A DNA stretch of 64,000 nucleotides, from positions 48,796,001 to 48,860,000 of the forward strand of contig OZ249436.1 of assembly GCA_965235115.1 (NCBI GenBank), read 5' to 3'. Source of the DNA: Laetmonice hystrix (lineage: Eukaryota). The position numbers were made by a program, and so were the translations under genes. The notes under the pieces are model-generated. The model was not told the origin of the DNA, ran no database searches, and was given only the letters and a program-made list of their open reading frames with translations. This document shows, piece after piece, positions 49,385 through 61,289 of the stretch (within the stretch, counting starts at the first letter, position 1; every line of letters begins with the position of its first letter).

Positions 49385-51822
49385 TTAAGGTTTCTTTCCC
49401 TTTTCTCGTGGGATCATTGCACAGATAAGGACTAAGGTGCCAAGAATAGTGACACATAATGTTCCTCCTATGACCATCTGTTTATGCTGATATTGACCTA
49501 CAGGAACCGAAAACTCCAGTTGTGAAGGGCCGTCGTTCTGTAACATAAGTATCAAAATATCAGTAATCGACAGAACACAGTGATGGGACAAAGGATTTTA
49601 GGTAATGGATGTTCAAATAATTTGTAAACAATCTTAGATATAAATTCTATCTGACCTGGAAGACTAGTTTAACCCAGCTGCAGAGACTGTCATTTTGACT
49701 GGAGCAAGGACTCAGTGTGTCCGTGCCATGTCCTCTCAGAACAGATCCATCTGAAAAATGTTTGACAAACTTGCTCTCATGGTATCCAGTTAAATCTGAT
49801 GAAGTTAGAACTTAAAAAACATGTGGTCAAGTAATGCCCTTTCTACTGGAGATTACCTTTATGAATATTTACTAAAAGCTACTGGTTGGTAAACCTTAAA
49901 ATCATCATGGCAGATAGACAAGACATGCTAAGTGAAAATCTGAGTAAAAGTCTACCAATATTTTGGCTCCTTTAGGATGATGCACTGCATGACAATCTAA
50001 TAAGACCAGTACTAACGATGGATTCCCTGTTGACATTTACTACCTAACTATACCTGAACACTTGACCAAAACAACTGGTGAATCCAGTCTGATTGTGGCA
50101 CGGTCAGACTGATAAGATGGCTGATGATATCGTAGATGGAATGGTAAGCTGACACTGGCTGTCAAAATCTTCTCTCTACACTCCAAGGTGGTAAAAACGT
50201 GAAGCTTGTGGCTTGGGGACAAAAACTCAGGTTTTTCAACGTCAATGTATTTATCAGCAAGCACCTGTAAAAGTGTAAGATGGGAGGAATGAAGGATATA
50301 CTTTCATTCAGACACGGCAGCCTCAGATACCAATATAAAACAACACAAAGAAATAATTCAATTACAACTTTTCCAAAATGTATATTGACCAAGCATAGTA
50401 CTCTTAGCAAAAGTGACACATTTCGAAAAGATTCTGGGTGTACTCAATTCCATTCTCTCTCAAATACAAGTTATAAAGTATATTACTGTTAATTCAACTT
50501 TTAGTGTGGCAGCCTTGGACACATTAAAATTTTTTGACTTACCTTAGGACCTCCAAAGTTGCTGAGGTCAGCAAGCTGGTCAAGATCAACATAAAGTCCA
50601 CTTGGAAGGCTTTCAATTAGCAGCAGCTCACATTCATTCATGCCAGGAGGAGCAGATGACAAGGATATTGTTACTAATGTTTTTAAATGTCTGAAAATAT
50701 CCACATGAAATTAAAGATCAGGGCTTTTGTGTAAGCTCAAACTTTAAATATCAAGAAGACTGCAAAGACTACTACTACCCCTGATTACTACTGACTGAAG
50801 GCCTACTGGGGTAGTGGTACCTTCGTCATCAAAGTCAATGGGAATCAGTAACTTTAGATATTACGGTGATTATCTGTACTAGTAGTCCAACAACAAAACA
50901 AATCATTCGCCCCCCCCCCCCCAAAAAAAAAAATAAAAAAAAAAAATAGCCAGCAACGGCTAAATAAGATTATCTTAGTTTGACTAATTACAGAATCCAA
51001 ACATATATTGCTTGGGTTAGGGTTAGGGTCAGGCCTAGGGTAGGGACTAAGTTTAGTTTTAGACTGATAATGCGTCTGACTGGTCTATTTACGTCCGGTC
51101 AATTCGGACCGGTGTGGCGGTCTGCTTTCTCCGCGGTCTGAAATCTCCGGGAGGTTGGCTGCAGAGTCGTGTGTATTTGTATCGTTCTCGGTAAACTATC
51201 TGAAATATCAGGTCTGGATTGAGTCTCACGTAATAACCCCTTTCTTCTCCGTCAGTTTTGGTCCACAATTTGCCTATCCAGGCTGTCGTTTATTACTGTT
51301 TGGAAGAAAACTCCAGCGCCCATCAGCTAGCAGACGACCGGAGGTGTGAGCCCCAACTGCGACACGCGCGTGCTCACTTCGTCAGGTTCGGCTTCTAAAC
51401 AATAGGAAACCATGCACCCGGAGATTACAGACTGCCGGAGAAAACAGACCGCGACACCGGCCCTAACACCGCCGCCACCCGGGGTAATCATCACTTCTAC
51501 CGACTGATTTAGCTGCTGCACGGTGAGCACGGGCGGCAGGCCCGGGCGTGTATGTCGATGGGGGGCTCGGGGGGGGGGGGGGGACATGGCGGACATGGCT
51601 TGATACCATAGCTCAAACGATGAATATAATGTATAGATCTTTGGAATGGCGATGTACCTACCCGTGAAATCCAGTTGTATGTGCACTTCTATTTACTTTT
51701 GTCGGCTGCACGTCCACGTCGTCTGCTAGCTTCGCTTCATTTTCGTGTTCTTCGGCAGCTATTGAAATTGAAACTAGGAATAACAGTATGTTTAGATGAA
51801 AAGGGGTATAATAGTTGCGCAT
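49385..51822 (-). CDS. PIGX: GPI mannosyltransferase I subunit PIG-X, about 255 aa, 5 exons
   Basis: Exons 51822-51662, 50690-50543, 50264-50054, 49750-49656, 49537-49385, in phase. Signal-peptide-like start, GFH, LPSGLYVDLDQL, IDVEKPEFLS, LPFHLRYH, VPVG and a C-terminal hydrophobic helix with a basic tail. Confidence 0.88.
51109..51460. mobile_element. MITE with about 40-bp imperfect TIRs in PIGX intron 1
   Basis: CCGGTGTGGCGGTCTGCTTTCTCCG...CGGAGAAAACAGACCGCGACACCGG; a second copy lies in AIMP2 intron 1. Confidence 0.7.
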
Positions 51823-52250
51823 GACTGTACGCTAGCTCTTTCTAGAGATAGAAACTCAAGAAATTAATAAAGAAGAAACCCTTGATTGTGCCCAGGTGGA
51901 CTGTCAACGGCCGGCTTCACATATTATCGCCCAGTACAACCATCATAGGCCCGTGCAGGAAATAATTTTTAATATTTTTAGAGCATGATTCGTTTTTTCA
52001 TCATGACTGTGAATATATATATTTGAATTTAAATTCATGGCTGTTAAAGTATTTATATTATCGCATCTTTACGCGGTTTTGGTGATAAAATTTTTCATTT
52101 TTGACCACTGACTTGCAACTTAATGAGTTTGTCCGTAACAAAACATCATGGTGGTCATTTGTTGTTCTGTAGGCTAGAACTTGACAACTTGCAGCTTTTT
52201 TCTGTGTGCAGGGAATTAATTTTCAGAATCTGGGAAAGCAGTTGTGAGAG
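51823..52250. promoter_or_regulatory. Putative bidirectional promoter shared by PIGX and CHMP6
   Basis: Divergent ATGs only about 430 bp apart. Confidence 0.55.
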
Positions 52251-55200
52251 ATGGGTAGTCTATTTAGTAAAAAGAAGAAAGAATCGCGTGTCACCGAACA
52301 GGACAGGGCAGTGTTGGTGAGTACTCGAGCTTCTCCTTCACTAAACTCAAGCCAAGGCCCAAGCCAGGGCCAACCTACCCAAGACAGGGTGAGGGTGGGA
52401 GTTCAAATCTATGCTCAGTCCAACAATTCAAAAGGTAGGCCTAGGCTTCCGTACTTTCTCACCATCAGTGTCAGTCAGTGCCCTGTGCTGTAGGCTAGCT
52501 GTCACAACCTGTCCTCCATTCTAGTCTAGGCTAACTGTCACAACCCTGGCCTTGGATAATTGTGATACAATTTCAATTACAATATACTCGCTCATTTTCA
52601 ACCCTTAGCACAGTAAAATAAAATTTTAAATTACTTGAACCCAAAACTAAATTTCTTTTTTTTCCATCAGCAACTTAAGCAGCAACGGGATAAGTTAAAA
52701 CAATACCAGAAAAAGATACAGCTTGCGCTCGGAAAAGAGCGTGAATTAGCCAAACAACTACTCCGAGATGGCAAGAAAGAGTAAGTATTTTAGACATGGA
52801 GTTTTCTTGTTAATTCACTGGGTTAATACCATGGTAATAACTTTTCTTACATATTTATCATCGAGCAAAATTAATAAAAGTCTAATTTAAGTGCTTTACA
52901 TTATTACACAATATTCAGTGTTGTTTTCACATTAATCACTGACATCTTTTATTTTGTCAGCAAAGCAAAGCTTCTACTGAGAAAGAAGAAGTTTCAAGAG
53001 AATCTTATTGAGAAGACAGATGGGCAGCTAGAGAATATTGAGAGAATGGTTTGTTTCAGTTCTTTCTTTCATGGTCATTCTCTAGGTATTGCAACAAATG
53101 TTGTACCTATTAGATGTCTTAGAATTGACAGACTTGAGAGAAATAATTCTTTGTTTATGTGATGCTGTACAAATGGCTTTCAAATGATACTTTTTCAGGT
53201 AATTTTATAATTAACATCTTCCTGTTTTTTGTGCAGAATATAAATTTAATTGGAATGTGATGTATTTTTATTGTTATACGAAGCTCTTTTCCTTTCAAGA
53301 ATGAAAGCAGCTTATATTTGGTTTATGTTGTAGGTACAAGATATAGAGTTTGCCCAGATTGAGGCAAAGGTAGTAGAAGGATTGAAAACTGGAAATGATG
53401 CACTGAAAAAAATGCATGAGGTAAGTGGAAGCATTATTCAAGACAGCAGAAAGTAAGAAGTCATTCATTTATTAGTTTATTCATTGTCCATAAAGATGTC
53501 ATGCTTGCAGCATTCAGTTCACCCTAGTATGCATAGTCGAGAACTTGACTTGCAGCTCATTATAATAGTAACTTCTAGATTCTGAACAGATGTAAAAACA
53601 TTGAAAAGATAAGGTCTAATACGTTTTCATCTAATTCCAGATGTTATCCATTGAAGACGTAGAAAAGATAATGGATGATACACAAGAAGGAATTGAGTAT
53701 CAGAGAGTAAGTACTGTCTGTAGTTCATTTATATTTTATAGTTTTAAGTCACTTGTAGAGTGGTGTCGGAGTGTCCCCCTTTTTTGGTTGTTTGACTTTG
53801 AGAGAAATAATTGGACTTTTTCCATTGATTGTAGATAAGAAGACAAAGTAGAAACTATCAATGTTTGGTCTCTTACCATAAGTTCCAATAAGATATGCGG
53901 TTTTTCTCATGGACTATTTTAAAGTTGGTAATGCAATGTTATATCTAAAACATATATATACCAACCCATGTTACAGGTTAATTCCCCCTTTTGCCACCAG
54001 ATGGAACTACAGACTCAATAGGAAACTTTGGACCAATTCCAGTTATCTGATATCCGTTCATTATGTTAGAAGTGTGGCATTGAGTCAGTTCAGTCGTAAA
54101 TCAGAACACATGATCCATGGTAGACCCTGCTGAGCATCAGTTGTGTATTTGTATAGAACATCAGAGAACAAATACACAACAGACCGCCAAATACACAACT
54201 GATAGGATTTCACTGACTGCAGGCTTATATTATGTTCCATCAGAGGTTTCATGTCTACCATACCTTAACCTTTCCTCTCTGTCTTTGACTTTGTTCCTAG
54301 GAAATTGATGATTTATTGGCTGGTGGCCTCACTGAAGAGGATGAGAGTGATGTACTTGCTGAACTGGACTCCATTATACAGGTCTGTCCTATCAGTCATT
54401 TGCAGTTAATAAAAAGTTGATAAAATTGATTTCTAAAATGAGTGAACTATGAGAGTTGCCATGATTATGTTTGTTTTACTCTTTGAAAATATAAAATCAT
54501 AATTTTAAGTTGAAGCTGAAACCAACCAATATGTTGGAATTTAATGGACTAATAAAACCCAAGTAGAGATTTTTCAGTACTCTATCAGTCTATGTGAATA
54601 GCGTGTAATCTTAGAAAAACACGTAATAATTAAAGAGTGTCCCTCAAAGTTGTAATTCTATAAGCTTAGTTCGAAAACTGAATAGTCATAGCAATTTTGG
54701 AGCAGATTTGAATTATATATTGTCAATATTACAGGACACCTTGCCTGAGGTTCCGGCAGCTGACATGGCAGAAGATGTAGAACTACCTGATGTACCTAGA
54801 GACAGAGTTAAAGGTAACACCTCAAACTTGTTACGGTTATGATTGTAACAATAAGTGAAATCAAGCAAAATATTTGTTGTTCCAGTGCAGGGGATAATTT
54901 ACTTCAGAAGAATTGATTCGCAGTGACGGCTACTCAGAAGGGATTTGAATAGCAATTCATTGCGAAGCATACTGTTTTTGAATCGCAAAGGGGTGAAATT
55001 GGGTCGCAAACTGCGATGCGATACTGGGTAAAGTTTGCCTGCAGTGCTAGTCTCCTTGCCAAGTTTGTAATTGTTTTTTACCCTGTCACCTTCACAATAC
55101 ATTTGCTCTGGGGACCATTTGTGTCAGGCTATATTTAGTTGGTGTCATTATGCTGATAATACATGTAGATAATGTGTCTATTCAAATTGTACAATAACAC

Positions 55201-55266
55201 TTTTTTCCGCTTGTTTCAGATGCAGAACCTGCAGCCCCTGCAAGGCAAGCAGTGTTAGCTTCATAG
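52251..55266 (+). CDS. CHMP6: Charged multivesicular body protein 6 (Vps20, ESCRT-III), about 207 aa, 8 exons
   Basis: Exons 52251-52316, 52671-52780, 52961-53048, 53334-53420, 53641-53706, 54301-54381, 54735-54813, 55220-55266. MGSLFSKKKK-ESRVTEQDRAVLQLKQQRDKLKQYQKKI, IEFAQIEAKVVEGLKTGN, LPEVP and LPDVP (MIM2-like). Confidence 0.95.
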
Positions 55267-57371
55267 TTTACCTACTTTGTGATAGATCCTTGGTTAAATG
55301 CATTAACATTAACATTAGTCAACCCAATGACTAACTCTACCGCCTAATTTAGAATGATTATTGGGGGGTCCTATTTCCGAGCATACAAATGAGAAAATCT
55401 ATCCATTCTCCTTCTCTTTTTTTGTGTGATTTTTTTTTCATTTCAAAAACATAGGCCATAGTCGCAATTATAGCAGGAGCAGATGTTTTCTTGGAATTTT
55501 TCTTTGTGGAGCAATTCGACTGTACCAGAAGTATGAAAGTGTGGGATGATCCCTTTTTTATCAGCTACAAGTACACAAGAAAGAGATACCGTAACAGCAA
55601 AAATAATCCTGCTAAGATCATGGTTGTTCATGCAGTAATAGGAACACCTGTTACGATGATGTTATTTTGATGTTATCTAAGAAATGACTCTTTATATATT
55701 CCTTAAGGGATGTGCCATGTAGTTCAATCTTTCACATACCAAATATTTATTCTTAGAACTGTGCAATACAATCCTTTTCAGTTAGAAATTGGTGATTCAA
55801 TTATATAAAACAAAATATGCAGATCTGTATGCAAATCTATCATGTCTCTTGACATCTGTCCAGTTGTCAGAATTCCTGTATTAGTAGATGTTTGTGCATA
55901 CCTACGAGGACAAAGTGCCATTCAAGGACGGTCAGTGGGTGGTTATATTTAAGAGATGTCAGTGGTCTGGAACTCCTCCACCGCTTACTGCTTTATTGGA
56001 CATAGAGGGGAGTAAATGATAATGACTGAAGCAGCATTGGCTTGGAAAATGGTTCTGTGAGCATTTAGGCTTTTTACCTCTCGAGTTTCTTGATTCTTCC
56101 TAATTGTACATTCTCCAGGCATCACAGTGCTCAAACCGTCTTTGCTTATCTTAATTTTAAATTGTAACTTCTTTTTATAAAAGGATATCTTCACTCAGTC
56201 GTATAAATGACATTTTATCAGAACTGGCAGTCACGTTTCTAGAGTTATCCGGTAAATAATCAATAGGAAAATCAACCAGGATATTAGGAAGTTCACTTGA
56301 AGATATTTTTATCCCAGTTTTACGCGCAGAACACAATTGTAGGGAGAGTCCGGCGTTACGTGATAACATCTTGATTTATTTGAAATCATCAGGACTCAAT
56401 CTACCTTTATCAGTGTGGAGCAGGTCAATTTTAAGTATGTGTTACAATCTGTTAGTTTCTAAGTAAGCGGCAGATCGTATTTAGACGTAAGCCACTTATT
56501 AGGACATTTAAGTTAAAGATAAAGCAGTCTGATATAAGTTACAATTTTTTCTTAAAGATTTCCGTGATCAATACAAAAAATTGGCCTCCATCTTGGAAAC
56601 TGAGTGACCTGAGTGAGTCCTGGTTACTTGCCTGCATTAACATCCATGCTGCCGTTCCATAGAATTATCACAAAAATGTTACCAAGTGCCAGCCCATGTA
56701 CATCAATTTTAAAAAGATCATTACAAAATCCAAGTAGATAGCGCAGTCTACCATTCAGAGCTATTGAGGAAATTGTACACCTTTATATAATTATATTATT
56801 TTCATGACTCAGAATGACATCCTGCTGTGAATATTTGACTTTAGGAATAAAGGTATATTTTTTATTATAATACTTCAAGTATTAGAGTTTGTATTACAGT
56901 TAGATTACAAATGATTTGATCAGTCCCCATACATGGGGAAAAGTCTCGGTACACGTGGACGCACAGAGTGCCAACGTTTTGTTCCTAATCTGAACCCCCC
57001 CCCCCCCCCCCACACTTCTCCATTACACATTTTCACTTTCCCACGTGGGGACTCGGGCAAAGCGTCACCTCTCCCCCCCATGGTGTCCTGAACCATTAAT
57101 ACCAACAACACCAACTTATAAATACTCAAATATTTCAACTTTTATTTATAACAAATATATTTACATATGCACATAGCGCCTGAACTTTGCACTGCAAAGA
57201 ATAGCAACGTGCAGCCTTCACTCGACCAAGTACATGTACGGGGGGTACCTAGCTTTCTCTTCACCAGAAGGACAGAAAGAAAGAAAAAAAGTAAAATAAT
57301 ATGGCTGCATGTAGCAGTGGTACTTAAAGAAGCAAATCATTGTCACTTGTATCATTTTTGAAAAAAACCTG

Positions 57372-57478
57372 GGGTGCGTTTCTCATCTATCGTTAGCCTG
57401 TCGTGCGTTAAAATCCCCATTGAAAATGCACTGGAGTCAACGATACAACAAGCTTACGACATGATGAGAAACGCATCC
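57372..57478. mobile_element. Short Harbinger-like MITE
   Basis: GGGTGCGTTTCTCATC...GATGAGAAACGCATCCC inverted ends with CTG/CAG flanks. Confidence 0.55.
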
Positions 57479-58123
57479 CAGTATAGTTGGACTGAAAAAC
57501 AGCAAACTTAAAACGAAATCTATTTAAACTGACATGACGTAAGTTGTTATTGAACAGAACACTAGGTGGCCAGGAGAGTGTTCTGTTGATGACCTCGCTT
57601 TTAACACCCAGACTTAGCACGTTCTAGCACAGTCATATTTATAAGTCAGTACACCCAATTACACAACATCAAATCAATATGGTAATACCTCTGACAAACA
57701 ACACAGACACAATTAACACTGTCTCTCACTCGAGGATAAAAATGGGTGTTAACAGATAATGCAGGGTAGATTGTGCAGATCATCCCACGGGACCTCATAC
57801 AGGTCAGAAAAACATTAATTCTTCTAAAATCGTTTCTCTATCTCTTCAATTTTCTGTGGTGGTCTACAATATCATAAGTTATATTATACTACCATTTCTG
57901 ATTAGATGATATGATCCTTTTAGATCCTTTAGATTTGAGAGACAAATTGTCCAGGGAGAAAAAGAAGACAAATAGAAAACATTAACTCTTTGCAGAGTGA
58001 ATTATTTTCACTTTCAGGTTTATAATTAAGTAACAAGCATCTCTCCCCCTTAGAGTGTTGGAGTTGTTGGGTTGTGGAGACGAGATTAACACAAAGTATC
58101 TGAGCAGTAGAGGATCAGTATTG

Positions 58124-59925
58124 CTATCCCCAAGCTTGTGTCCGACAGTAATGTAGCACCAACTTTCCGTCACTTCCAAAGCACTGAAAATATTAAAGTA
58201 TGCAAACCAATGATAATCCATAGGTTCATTAAATAGTGCATCTGCTGTCCCATAGTTTTGATAATGTTTAGTTTGTTTTCATAGCTACTGTACCCAGTTA
58301 TTTTCATGGGAGGTTTGCATAATATCTTCACTTGACTTATCCAGCATCTCTTAAACAGGGTTTCCACAGGTTGGTTATTTTGAAATTTCATGACTTCTCC
58401 ACGATTTTTTCAGACCAAAACGCCCAAATTTTATGACCAATTCTGGATAAAATTAACAAAACATACTAATATCCTAGAATTGTCCCCTATATAGTACGTC
58501 GTGAAACTTCACAATTTAGACCCAACGTGCAGAAACTGAAATGTGGTTCAAAAGAAATCTCAAATTCAATTACTTTTCCATGACTCTCCCTCGTTTTTCT
58601 ATTTTCCATGACTTTTCCATGATCAGCTGTGGCAAGATCAGCTGGCTCCTATTGAGATTTGAACTATGCAGTATTAAATAATTCACTCAGTTTTCATTAG
58701 TGCAGGTAACTAGAATACTTACATCATACAAAACTCCTACGTCTACATCAGGGGAAGGAGCAAAAGACTGGTTCACATACATGAACTGTTGAGAGATATA
58801 CCAGAGTAACTTTTACATTCTAATAAAAATTTACAAAATTCAGGTCATTATGTCATTATGGTTTATCTCCAATATTTTACAGGTAGAAAATGCAAGAGGA
58901 GATTCTAAAGTTTACATCAAATAAAAAAAATCATAAGTTCAATAGAGAAACCACAAGTTACTACTCTATACCAGGCCTTGTGTTTTAAGGCTCGCCTGCA
59001 TTTTTCAAAACACAAGGCCTCTTATACTATAACCCAGAAAAAACTATCTTTTTGTATCATCTGAAAATGAACCATATTTTTACTGAATTCCTGGAAATGC
59101 TTGAGACAACTTTCCAGGGCAGAGAGTGAAACTACAGCAGAAGAATTTTTTTGAGGGCAATCTTTTACTTGGATCTGAAGTGCTTCATTCTCTTACCAGT
59201 GAATCAGCCTGGTCACATTTGAGGTACTTCCGGATAAAGTCAATGATACCGCCCACTTTCTTGGTGCGGTCAACTGCCCACTTGCGTCTCTTCATAATTG
59301 GAGCATCTCCTGTTGCCTTAAGAAGGATGTCAACTGCATCAAAATAAGAAATCATCAAGTTATGACACTTCAAACACCAGACTATTTAAAACACGGTCAA
59401 ACAAATATTATTTCTAAAAAATAGTCCTTTCATATATGATCGTGTTCATAATCCATATACAACATTCACATTCAAAATGACCAGTGGTTTAGGTATTTTT
59501 TTTACATGAAAGTCACCTCAGCAAGCGAGTGGCCCAATCTCCATGCTTATATTGTCACTATGGCTTTTGTCCCCAACAAAATGTATTATAGGTTTCACAG
59601 TTTTCTAAAAACAACAAATTTCCAACTTATATGTATGTCAAAATAAATGGGAATTGGAAAGTCTTTCCTTACTTGAAGCAGGCTTATGCGCAGAAACGGT
59701 TAATATTAAGATTACCAGTATAGAGCTCGGCTCTGCTTTTAAAGAGAAGTTCCCTTTCAAAGATTTAAAACTCAACAATATCCCTACATTAGCCTTACTT
59801 TTACTCTTTGCTGGCAGCGATGGACTAGCCATGGCACTTGAGGGTTCTGAAGGTGCTGTCTCAGATGATGGGGACTTCTCGTCGTGATCCCCATTGTCCC
59901 CTTCATGTACTTTACCATCTGACAT
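58124..59925 (-). CDS. ATG12: Ubiquitin-like autophagy protein ATG12, about 128 aa, 4 coding exons
   Basis: Exons 59925-59799, 59333-59197, 58785-58723, 58183-58124. IDILLKATGDAPIMKRRKW, FMYVNQSFAPSPD, CFGSDGKLVLHYCRTQAWG-stop with the terminal Gly. Confidence 0.96.
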
Positions 59926-60527
59926 CACAAAATCTCAGTTGTTGCCTCTGCAGGTCTAGGACTTTCCTGGCCAGCCCTATTATTGGATTACTGCTCTCCA
60001 CTCTGACATCTGAATGCACTGATTCTTAGAACCTAGAATTTAAGTAGAATTAGAATAGAAATCAGTTTGGAAAAGGCAAAGGTATTTAGAATAGAGACTG
60101 CCAGGTGGACTTCTTCTAGTCTCATGAACTTGTTAATGACAAGGCAGCCATGTTGGCCAAGGTGAAAACAAAGCTGTTGGTACCCTTTGCTCCAACTGAA
60201 GTCTGAGTCATTGTATGGTGGAGAATGTAACAACCACTCCAAATATGGTCAAAAGGTGGGCATGACTTTCCATCAATTTCCCAGCCACATGCAGAACCCG
60301 GACCAACAGAGTAAATTTAGTCAGTAAAACAAATACTACACCTACAGAGTACAATATAATTAGGCAGTGTATATTTAACCAGCATTTGGAAGGTTCATGT
60401 GACCATTCCGCTTTAATCCATTACTAATTAGATCATGCTCTATGGCTAAATAGCTGACTATCCAATTAACACCCAATTTACACCCAATTTGAGACAAAAA
60501 TAAAACTAACCCTAGGTCTGACCCTAA

Positions 60528-61289
60528 AGGCTGGAACCCACTATGCGATTTTGACGTTACGATTCAGGTATGATTCATGTCGTGGCCATTTGTCGCATAA
60601 TGGCTTCCGGTGCCACTTACGATTCCAGATCAAACATGTTTGATATTTTGCTATGATTCACTTGCGATTTCTTGGCATTGGCCAATCAGGTTCAGGCCTC
60701 GAATTACACGACGGCATCGACGGCAATTGCCGTCGTGCCCCTTCCATTTGCCGTGGCGCCCTCCTATTTTTTGCACCATCGACGGCAGTCCAGTGCCGTG
60801 GTGCCCTTTTCCCTTGCTACCATGTGCCCTTCAGCTGTAACCAGCCATCGCCAAATCATCCCTGACATCGATCCCCTAGTGATCACCAACACCACTAACC
60901 TAAAGTGTGAAGGTTCCTTGTTTTACTGTTAAGCCAGACATGCGAGGTTTGGTTTTGGAGAAGTAAATTTGCCGTGGTGCCCTTCTAAACTTGTTGAAAA
61001 TGCTGTGGTGCCCTCCTTTAAACAAGGCCCTCGACGGCAATTTTTGCCGTGCCCTTTTTAATTTCTAATTCAAGGCCTGCAGGTTGCATCATGAGGTAAC
61101 GTGACTAGATGTGATCATGTGACAGCTGACTTGGCCGGCAATGGCCGCGCCTGCTAAAATCGCAGGTCATGATCGCACAGTGGGTCACCCTACAAGAATC
61201 GTAGCCCCTACGATTCAGGCCATCGCAGGCTCGTACGATTTTAAAATCGTGGAGCCTGCGATCTAAAATCGCATTGTGGATTCCCGGCT
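60528..61289. mobile_element. Harbinger-like MITE nested in 60362-61380
   Basis: AGGCTGGAACCCACTATGCGATTTT / AAAATCGCATTGTGGATTCCCGGCT; TAA/TTA flanks. Confidence 0.6.
60693..61079. mobile_element. hAT6-like MITE
   Basis: CAGGCCTCGAATTA...TAATTCAAGGCCTG with a perfect 6-bp TSD CAGGTT at 60687-60692 and 61080-61085. Confidence 0.8.

Noticed and set aside
51014..51030. Interstitial telomere (TTAGGG)n
   Set aside because: Only 2-3 units, embedded in a MITE-derived segment also seen near 61290.
55985..56610. Short minus-strand ORFs downstream of CHMP6
   Set aside because: No motifs, termini or splice structure recognised; probably UTR or decayed repeat.
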